DNA of 64,000 bases from Isoptericola halotolerans (GTDB lineage Bacteria > Actinomycetota > Actinomycetes > Actinomycetales > Cellulomonadaceae), in contig NZ_JABEZU010000001.1 in the NCBI RefSeq assembly GCF_013149785.1, positions 186,001-250,000 on the forward strand, read 5' to 3'. The notes under the pieces are model-generated. The model was not told the origin of the DNA. It ran no database searches and saw only the letters and a list, made by a program, of their open reading frames with translations. The first letter of the stretch is position 1; each line of letters opens with the position of its first letter. Below, piece after piece: positions 55,462-64,000 of the stretch. The translations under genes were made by a program, and so were the position numbers.

Positions 55462-56082
55462 TCAGTCGAAGAGCGTGTCGAGCTCCCAGCCCGGCCCGGA
55501 CGTGGCGGAGCGGCGCGCCCGGTCAGTGCCCGACGACGACGCTCCGACCGGCTCCGGGTCCCGTGCCTGTGCGTCGGCCCCCGGTCGCTCGCGTGGCCCG
55601 GCGCCCGCGTCCGCGGCGTCCAGGAGCAGTCCCTCCACCGCGCCGCGGCCGGCGGCCCAGTCCTCGGCGGCGAGCCGGGCGAGCTCCTGGGCCCGCTGCA
55701 TGAAGGGGCTGTCCACGTGCCCGCGGACCCAGCGGAACCGCACCGGGCCCGTGCGCTCGCTGATGGCCTGGTCGAGAGCCTGCACCAGCTCCAGGTGCTG
55801 CACCGGGCCGCCGGACGCCGTCCGCCAGCCGTGCGCCTTCCAGGCCTCGAGCCACTCGGAGGCGCAGCGGATCGCGTACTGCGACGCGGACTCGACGAAC
55901 AGGGGTTCCTCGCCGGGGTGCGACTCCACGGCGCGGCGCAGCGCGGTCAGGTCAGCGATCTGGGTGGTGCCGTCGACGGCACCACCGGAGTCGAAGCGAC
56001 CGGAGTCGTGGGCGACCCACGCCCACCCGATCGCCCCGCCCGCGTCGTTCAGGCTGGAGCCGTCGGTGCTGACAATGATCAC
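55462..56082 (-). CDS. RNase HI-like protein with substituted catalytic residues
   Basis: STDGSSL..GWAW..SQYAI..W...WK..GW.T...PV...WVRGH; GTG 56082. Confidence 0.8.
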   Translation of the reverse strand: MIIVSTDGSSLNDAGGAIGWAWVAHDSGRFDSGGAVDGTTQIADLTALRRAVESHPGEEPLFVESASQYAIRCASEWLEAWKAHGWRTASGGPVQHLELVQALDQAISERTGPVRFRWVRGHVDSPFMQRAQELARLAAEDWAAGRGAVEGLLLDAADAGAGPRERPGADAQARDPEPVGASSSGTDRARRSATSGPGWELDTLFD

Positions 56083-56304
56083 GCCGGTGTCCCTCGGTGT
56101 TCCTCGGTGTCCACGGAGTCCGTCGCCGGGTGGGGCGACGGGGAACATTGTGCCCTGCCCCGGTGACATTCGAGTGAACCTCCAGCATACGGTTCGCCGA
56201 AACCGCATCAGAGGAGCTCCCGGAACGCTCCGCTGGAGCACCCGGAAACCCGCTGGCCGCGTCCCGGAACCCTCGGGCCGCCGTCGACGGGGATCATGTG
56301 ACCC

Positions 56305-57441
56305 ATGGACGCCGACAAGCCCGCACCCCAGCGCACCCCGGCCGACGTCCGGCGGTGGCGGCGCTACCTGGCCGCCGAGCGCGCCGAGGCCGCGGTCTAC
56401 CGCGACCTCGCCTCGCGCCGGCACGGGGAGGAGCGCGACATCCTGCTGGCCCTCGCGGCCGCGGAGAAGCGGCACGAGCAGCACTGGCTGGACCTGCTGG
56501 GCGACGACGTCGGCATGCCGCTCCAGGGCGACCCGCGCACGCGGTTCCTCGCCTTCCTCGCGCGCCGGTTCGGTGGGGTCTTCGTGCTGGCCCTCGCCCA
56601 GCGGGCCGAGTCACGCTCGACGTACGGGCGCGAGGAGCACGCCACGGCCCAGATGGCGGCCGACGAGCAGATCCACGAGGAGGTGGTGCGCAGCCTCGCG
56701 ACCCGCGGCCGCAACCGGCTGTCCGGGACGTTCCGCGCCGCCGTCTTCGGTGCGAACGACGGCCTCGTGTCCAACCTCGCGCTCGTGCTCGGCATCGGTG
56801 CGTCCGGTGTCGCGACCGGGACCATCCTCGTGACGGGGGTGGCCGGGCTGCTGGCCGGTGCCCTGTCGATGGGGGCGGGCGAGTACGTGTCGGTGCGCTC
56901 GCAGCGCGAGCTGCTCGAGGCGTCCACCCCTGACCCGCAGGCGGTCCGGGCCCTGCCGCACCTCGACGTCGGCTCCAACGAGCTGGCGCTGGTCTACCGG
57001 GCTCGGGGCATGGACGCCGACGCCGCGCAGGTCCGGGCCGACGCCGTGCTCGCCCGGCTCGCCGCCACGGGTGCGGTCGAGGGATTCTCTGACGAGGCCG
57101 ACGGCGCTGCCGTCGTACCGGCGGACGCCGACGGCGGTGCGGGGGCGGACGCTCACGAGACCCACGGCACCGCCTGGGGTGCGGCGATCTCCAGCTTCTG
57201 CTTCTTCGCCTCGGGAGCGATCGTCCCGGTGCTGCCGTACCTGCTGGGGATGTCGGGGACCACGGCGGTCGTCGTGGCGTGCGTGCTCGTCGGGGTGTGC
57301 CTGGCCGTGACGGGTGCGGTGACCGGGCTGCTGTCCGGCACCTCGCCGGTCACGCGGGCCCTGCGTCAGCTCGCCATCGGCTTCGGCGCCGCGGGCATCA
57401 CCTACCTGCTGGGGCTGGCGTTCGGGACCACCCTGGCCTGA
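56305..57441 (+). CDS. VIT1/CCC1 family transporter with rubrerythrin-like N-terminus
   Basis: ExxH motifs; RAAVFGANDGLVSN; GALSMGAGEYVSVRSQ. Confidence 0.9.
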   Translation: MDADKPAPQRTPADVRRWRRYLAAERAEAAVYRDLASRRHGEERDILLALAAAEKRHEQHWLDLLGDDVGMPLQGDPRTRFLAFLARRFGGVFVLALAQRAESRSTYGREEHATAQMAADEQIHEEVVRSLATRGRNRLSGTFRAAVFGANDGLVSNLALVLGIGASGVATGTILVTGVAGLLAGALSMGAGEYVSVRSQRELLEASTPDPQAVRALPHLDVGSNELALVYRARGMDADAAQVRADAVLARLAATGAVEGFSDEADGAAVVPADADGGAGADAHETHGTAWGAAISSFCFFASGAIVPVLPYLLGMSGTTAVVVACVLVGVCLAVTGAVTGLLSGTSPVTRALRQLAIGFGAAGITYLLGLAFGTTLA

Positions 57442-57483
57442 GGTGCGCTGGCGTCGGGCCGCGACAGTCGCGAGGATGGGGCG

Positions 57484-57780
57484 ATGACAGACTCGCGCCC
57501 CGGGGTGACCGTCCGCGAGGACGGCTCACGCCGCGTCTTCCTCGCCCTGCTCGACGACGGCACGGAGGCCGGCGGCGCCTACTACCGGCGCCGCGACGGC
57601 GTCGTGACCTTCACCCACACCGAGATCTCGCCGGACCTCGAGGGTCAGGGCATCGGGTCGGCGCTCGCCGCGGGCGCGCTCGACCAGGTGCGCGCCGCGG
57701 GCGAGCGGATCGTCACGCTGTGCCCCTTCGTCAAGGCCTACGTGGAACGGCACCCGGAGTACCAGGACCTGCGCGCCTGA
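57484..57780 (+). CDS. GNAT N-acetyltransferase (YjdJ-like)
   Basis: FTHTEI..GQGIGS..CPFV..HPEY. Confidence 0.88.
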   Translation: MTDSRPGVTVREDGSRRVFLALLDDGTEAGGAYYRRRDGVVTFTHTEISPDLEGQGIGSALAAGALDQVRAAGERIVTLCPFVKAYVERHPEYQDLRA

Positions 57781-57788
57781 GCCTCGTC

Positions 57789-59474
<1,686 letters not shown>

Positions 59475-59560
59475 GCCTCGATACTGCCAGGTGGGAGCGG
59501 GTGTGTCTCCCCCCGCGGCGGCCGCCGGCGAGAACCGGGGGAGGGCGTCGACGCGAATCC

Positions 59561-60526
59561 CTAGGCGGGCGCGCCGCCGCGCGAGAGCAGGAGCGCGGTG
59601 ACGTGGAGACCGGCTCCCACCGCAGCGATCACGACGTGCTCGGTGCGTACGCGGGGCAGGTGCTCGGCCAGGGTCACCGGGTACGTGGCGCTGGTCATGT
59701 TGCCGTGCTCCGCGAAGGTGTCCGGATGGGCGCCGGGGCGAATGGCATCGGTCCAGTGGTCGAGCAGCGCACGCGAGCCCTGGTGGGTGAGGAGAGTGAC
59801 GTCCTGCGCACGAACCCCGTACCGCTCCATGAGCTCGCCGACGACGACGGGGACCTCGTCGAGCAGGTAGTCGTACAGGTCCGTGTCCATGTGGTAGGTC
59901 GGGCGGGGCACGTCAGACGTGGCGCGTGGAAGCCCGGACCGACCCGTCGCGGACCGCGGGCGGATCGCCATCGTCATACGCTCGTAGTCCGTCGCGCGTG
60001 TGTGCGTCACCGAGCCCACCGCAGCGAAGCCTGTGCCGGGTCCGAGCACCGCGGCACCTGCGGCGTCGGACGCCGCCACCGCGTAGTCCTGCGTCAGGTC
60101 GAGGTTCCGTGTCCAACCTGAGGCGGCGACGACGAGCGCCTGACGGCACGCTCCCGCCGTCGCGGACTCGCTGGCCTGCAGGAGCCCGACGACGAAGTTC
60201 GAGAACTCGCTGTTGATCGGGACGACGAGCGCGTCGCGACGCAGTCCGATGCGCTCGTGCACGCGGTAGAGGGGGTTCGGCGTGGGATAGGGCGCCACCG
60301 AGACGTATCCGTACAGCCGATCTACCTCGTCGGCGGCGACTCCCGCCCGGGCGAGCGCGTCGAGACAGGCCGCGGCCGCGAGGTCCTCGGCCTCCTCGTC
60401 GCCGACCAGGGCGTGGCGGCGGCCCACCCCGGTGAACCGGTCTGACGGGTCGCCCGCGACCTCGCGGTCCGTGGGTGGGAAGGCCGTCCCGCAGCCGAGC
60501 ACGACGGTCGTGCCCGGCGTCGTCAC
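59561..60526 (-). CDS. 3-oxoacyl-ACP synthase III (FabH)-fold protein lacking the catalytic Cys
   Basis: [18 protein letters not shown] and HGNM retained; INSEFSNF at the usual xxAACSGF site; GTG overlaps the upstream stop. Confidence 0.8.
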   Translation of the reverse strand: MTTPGTTVVLGCGTAFPPTDREVAGDPSDRFTGVGRRHALVGDEEAEDLAAAACLDALARAGVAADEVDRLYGYVSVAPYPTPNPLYRVHERIGLRRDALVVPINSEFSNFVVGLLQASESATAGACRQALVVAASGWTRNLDLTQDYAVAASDAAGAAVLGPGTGFAAVGSVTHTRATDYERMTMAIRPRSATGRSGLPRATSDVPRPTYHMDTDLYDYLLDEVPVVVGELMERYGVRAQDVTLLTHQGSRALLDHWTDAIRPGAHPDTFAEHGNMTSATYPVTLAEHLPRVRTEHVVIAAVGAGLHVTALLLSRGGAPA

Positions 60527-62238
60527 GCGGTCACCTTCAGCGCCTCGGCGCGGGCTCGGAGCGACCAGGCGACCTCGTCGGGACCCACCTGCACGTCGAG
60601 CACGACCGGCCCTGTCGACGGAGCGGTGTGGTCGAGGACCTGGTCGAGGGCTGCTTCCAGGTCCGTAGCCGTACGGACCACCGTGGCGCGGGCGCCGAAC
60701 CCACGCGCGACACCGGCCACGTCGATCGGTGCCGCATACATCGAGCCGGGGGAGCGGGAGAACATCACCTCCTGCAGGTTGGACACCATGGCGTTGCCTG
60801 CGTTGTTGAGCACCACCCACATCACATCGACTCCGAGCTCCGCTGCGGTATGGATCTCCGGGCACGTCATGGCGAAGGCGGCGTCGCCGACGACCGCGAC
60901 GACGGGACGGTCGGGGCGTGCCAACGCGACGCCGATCGCGGCCGGGACCGAGTAGCCCATGCAACCGACGTTCAGCGAGCAGTAGATCTCACGTCCGGCG
61001 CCGGACCGGTAGTGTTCGCCGACCCAGCACAGGGCGTTGCCGTTGTCGACCAGCAGCAGCGTGTCGTCGGGCAGGCGCCGGTCGAGCACGCGGGCCACCG
61101 CTGAACCTTGCAGCGCGCCGACCGGCGGGTGCTTCACGGTGGTCGCTGCGGCCTCCTCGACCGGAGTCGCCCCGGATCCCCCAGGTGGGGGCCCCGGCCG
61201 GACGACCTCTCGCCGGTCGAGCTCGTCGGTCAGGGCGTCCAGCAGCATCGCGACATCAGACTGCACCACGTGGTCGACGCTCATCGCGCGCCCGAGCTGA
61301 CGCCGGTCCACGTCCACCTGCCACACAGCGCGGTTCTTGACGAGGCGCTCGTCCCAGCCGACGGTGGAGACCTCGCCGAGCGAGCTGCCCAGCACGAGCA
61401 GCAGGTCGATCTCGTCGTCCAGCACGGCTTCGTGCGTGCTCTGGCTCATCCCGTACGTCCCGTAGACCCCGAGCGAGAGCGGATGCCTCTCGGGGAAGGC
61501 ACTCTTGCCCTTCATCGTGGTCGCGACGGGCAACCCGAGCCGCTCGGCGACGTCGACGAGACCAGGCTCTGCCCGAGCGATCTTGGCGCCCTGACCCACC
61601 AGCACGAGCGGCCGGTGCGCGGAGGTGAGGGCGTCGGCGAGTCGTCGCACCTCGGCAGGGTCGGGGTGCGGATGGGAGGGCCCTGGGCCGGCGTCCACGT
61701 CCGGCCGCGGTGCCGGCCCCGCCAGGACGTCGACCGGCAGCGCCAGATGGGCAGTGCCGGGCACCGGCGACGTCGCGGCGGCGATCGCCCGGAGGGTCAG
61801 GAACTCGAGCTGGCGGGCATCGGTGACGAGTGCCGACAGCTTCGTCACGGACCGGAACATGCCCACGAGATCGGCGCTCCAGTCACCACCGCTGGAGTCC
61901 TGCAGCGCTCCGCGCCCGAAGTGCGGGACAGGGACCTGTCCGGCGAGCAGCAGGACCGGTGCACCGTCGCTGGTCGCGCTCGCGGCCGCCGTCACCGCGT
62001 GCATGGTGCCAGGACCAGAGGTCACGCAGGCGACACCGAGCCCTCCACCCGCCTGTGCGTACCCCTCCGCCATGAAGACCGCTCCCTCCTCGTGCTTCGC
62101 CAGGACGAACTCGAGGTCGGGATGGTCGTCGATCCGGTCGAGCAAGGACAGGAGCGGGCCGCCGGGCACGCCGAAGAGTCGCCGGACTCCGGCACGTGCG
62201 AGGAGGTCGAGGAGCAGGTCGGAGCCGGTCCAGGTCAT
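60523..62238 (-). CDS. Thiamine diphosphate-dependent enzyme (acetolactate synthase-like)
   Basis: FGVPGG, HEEGA, TSGPG, GCMGY, GDAAF..NN ThDP motif; ATG 62238 with SD GGAG. Confidence 0.9.
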   Translation of the reverse strand: MTWTGSDLLLDLLARAGVRRLFGVPGGPLLSLLDRIDDHPDLEFVLAKHEEGAVFMAEGYAQAGGGLGVACVTSGPGTMHAVTAAASATSDGAPVLLLAGQVPVPHFGRGALQDSSGGDWSADLVGMFRSVTKLSALVTDARQLEFLTLRAIAAATSPVPGTAHLALPVDVLAGPAPRPDVDAGPGPSHPHPDPAEVRRLADALTSAHRPLVLVGQGAKIARAEPGLVDVAERLGLPVATTMKGKSAFPERHPLSLGVYGTYGMSQSTHEAVLDDEIDLLLVLGSSLGEVSTVGWDERLVKNRAVWQVDVDRRQLGRAMSVDHVVQSDVAMLLDALTDELDRREVVRPGPPPGGSGATPVEEAAATTVKHPPVGALQGSAVARVLDRRLPDDTLLLVDNGNALCWVGEHYRSGAGREIYCSLNVGCMGYSVPAAIGVALARPDRPVVAVVGDAAFAMTCPEIHTAAELGVDVMWVVLNNAGNAMVSNLQEVMFSRSPGSMYAAPIDVAGVARGFGARATVVRTATDLEAALDQVLDHTAPSTGPVVLDVQVGPDEVAWSLRARAEALKVTA

Positions 62239-62446
62239 CGTCTTCTCCAACAGCGGGATGGCGGTGGCAGGGCCGCGGCAGCGGTACGACGCGCTGCCTC
62301 TGCTCATCGGTCCGCCCCCCGAACCGACTCACACAGCGAGTGTGACGGAGGGGTGCCGGAACTGCATCCGGAGCAGGCGGTGCCCGTCGGTCGAGGCCGG
62401 CACGCCCCACCTGGCCGGGCACGCGGGCACTCAGTACGGTCGAAGG

Positions 62447-62920
62447 GTGACCCTCGCCTCGCGTCTCCTGCACACCCGCTCGCTGGTCCGCGCGCCGATC
62501 TGGCTGTACCGCGCCGGGCTCGGTTTCGTCCTGGGCCCGCGCTTTCTCCTGATGCGGCACCGTGGCAGGGTCAGCGGTGAGCCGCGGTCGGTCGTGCTCG
62601 AGGTGACCGACCGCCCGGCAGCGGATCGGATCATCGTCGTGGCCGGTACGGGACCGAAGGCCCAGTGGTACCGCAACGTCCTGGTCGAGCCGCGGGTCCT
62701 CGTCTCGACCGGTTTTCGTCGCGACGCCCGTGCGCGGGCGCGAGCTCTGACGCCCGACGACGCGGCCGCCGTCCTGCAGCGGTACGCGTCCGAGCACCCC
62801 CGCGCGTGGTCGGCGTTGCGGCGGGTGCTGAGCGAATGGGCAGAGCCGTTGGCCGCCGCGACGGGGGAGCGCCGCTGGGAGCGCGTGGTTCCGGTGGTGG
62901 AGCTGCGGCTGCTGGGCTGA
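62447..62920 (+). CDS. Deazaflavin (F420)-dependent nitroreductase family protein
   Basis: LYRAGLG, HRGRVSGEPR..VLEV, QWYRNV..P. Confidence 0.85.
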   Translation: MTLASRLLHTRSLVRAPIWLYRAGLGFVLGPRFLLMRHRGRVSGEPRSVVLEVTDRPAADRIIVVAGTGPKAQWYRNVLVEPRVLVSTGFRRDARARARALTPDDAAAVLQRYASEHPRAWSALRRVLSEWAEPLAAATGERRWERVVPVVELRLLG

Positions 62921-62928
62921 GCCGGGGG

Positions 62929-64000
62929 TCAGGCCGGGGCGCGATCAGTCTGCGTCGACTCCTCGAGCGGCTTGCGGAGCATGCGGGCGACCGCCACCAG
63001 CACCGCCAGCGCCCCGACCGTGACGAGAAGGCCGACACCGGTGCCCGCGCCGAGGGCGACGGACACGTAGCCGGCCAGCGCGGCCAGCCCGGCCGCGGCG
63101 GCGTAGGGCAGCTGGGTCAGCACGTGCGTGATGACGTCGGCCCCGGCGCCCGTGGACGACAGGATGGTGGTGTCGGAGATCGGGGAGGCGTGGTCGCCGA
63201 GGACGGCGCCGGCCAGCACCGCGCCCAGCGCGGGCAGGAGCAGGTCGGTCTGCCCGATGGTGTTCATGATCCCGCCGACCAGCGGCAGCAGCAGGGCGAA
63301 CGACCCCCAGGACGTGCCGGTGGAGAACGCCATCGCGGCGGCCAGGACGAAGATCACCGGCACCAGCCAGCTCACCGGGAGGTCGGCGCCCTCCACGAGC
63401 CCGCCGAGGTACGCGCCCGTCCCGAGCTGGTCGATGAGGCCGGTGAGCATCCAGGCGAGCACGAGGATGCTCACGGCGGGCCACATCGAACGGACCCCCT
63501 CGACCCAGCCGCGGCCGAAGTGGCTCGCGGAGAACCGCGGGTTCGAGGTGGTGTACCGCAGGTAGTAGTAGACGGCGGCGGCGAGGCCGAGCAGCCCGCC
63601 GACCATGAGGGACGCGCTCGTGTCGGTCTCGGCGAGGATGTCGACGACCGACCAGCTCCCGGCCGCGGCATACCCGGTCCACACGATGCCGCCGAACACG
63701 CCGACCACGAGCAGGATGAACGGCACGAACAGTGCGCGCCGCTCCCCGGGCTCGTGCACGGGCAGGTCCTCGGCGAGCTGGCCGGGCACGGTGGCGTCGT
63801 CGGCGAAGGTGCGGCCGTCGGTGACGGCCCGCTCCTCCTCCCGGCGCATCGGTCCGACGTCGAGCCGGAGCACGACCGCGAGCCACACCATGAGCACGGC
63901 GGCGATCGCGTAGTAGTTGGCGGCTGCCGCACCGAGGAACGCCTGGACGCTCGACGTGCTCAGGGCGGACGCCGCGACGATCGGGGCGAGCAGGCCCATG
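62929..64000 (-). CDS. Na+/H+ antiporter NhaC family protein (3' part)
   Basis: FSTGTSWGSF, GDHASPISDTTILSS, HVLTQLPYA; 5' end outside window. Confidence 0.85.
   Translation of the reverse strand, partial: MGLLAPIVAASALSTSSVQAFLGAAAANYYAIAAVLMVWLAVVLRLDVGPMRREEERAVTDGRTFADDATVPGQLAEDLPVHEPGERRALFVPFILLVVGVFGGIVWTGYAAAGSWSVVDILAETDTSASLMVGGLLGLAAAVYYYLRYTTSNPRFSASHFGRGWVEGVRSMWPAVSILVLAWMLTGLIDQLGTGAYLGGLVEGADLPVSWLVPVIFVLAAAMAFSTGTSWGSFALLLPLVGGIMNTIGQTDLLLPALGAVLAGAVLGDHASPISDTTILSSTGAGADVITHVLTQLPYAAAAGLAALAGYVSVALGAGTGVGLLVTVGALAVLVAVARMLRKPLEESTQTDRAPA

Noticed and set aside
62329..62346. TCACAC-N5-GTGTGA as a CRP site
   Set aside because: The half-sites are in the reverse arrangement to TGTGA-N6-TCACA; a single short dyad is too weak to call.

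Overview
High-GC actinobacterial (probably Micrococcales-type) chromosomal window of about 60 CDSs. I saw no rRNA, tRNA, CRISPR array, integrase or transposase. Left part: partial D-amino-acid oxidase, a large secreted S8 protease with a TrmB/LuxR regulator, an esterase, a MarR/NmrA/LLM redox cluster, an amino-acid ABC importer, and an AAA+/DUF4143 gene preceded by a 23-bp-periodic array. Middle: a phnDCE-phosphatase-TetR operon, a secreted Pro/Val-rich protein whose stop codon pairs with the RBS of a truncated downstream ORF, and a ~14 kb arsenic/phosphate island (ArsR regulators, flavoprotein, pstSCAB plus pseudo-response regulator, three ArsC domains, CoA-disulfide reductase-rhodanese, acr3). 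Right part: TetR-ABC exporter, a DUF222/HNH gene with an SOS box, idi, NfeD/flotillin, a degenerate RNase H-like gene, VIT1, pgm, and a ThDP enzyme paired with a Cys-less KAS III. Top candidates for undescribed biology: (1) the secreted-leader/stop-codon/RBS-sequestering RNA structure at 29.07-29.16 kb; (2) the 23-bp palindromic array on the DUF4143 ATPase-nuclease promoter; (3) ArsR-type boxes overlapping a PHO box at pstS; (4) the ThDP + Cys-less KAS III pair. Product names come from motif recognition only, with no database search. Start codons were chosen by eye.
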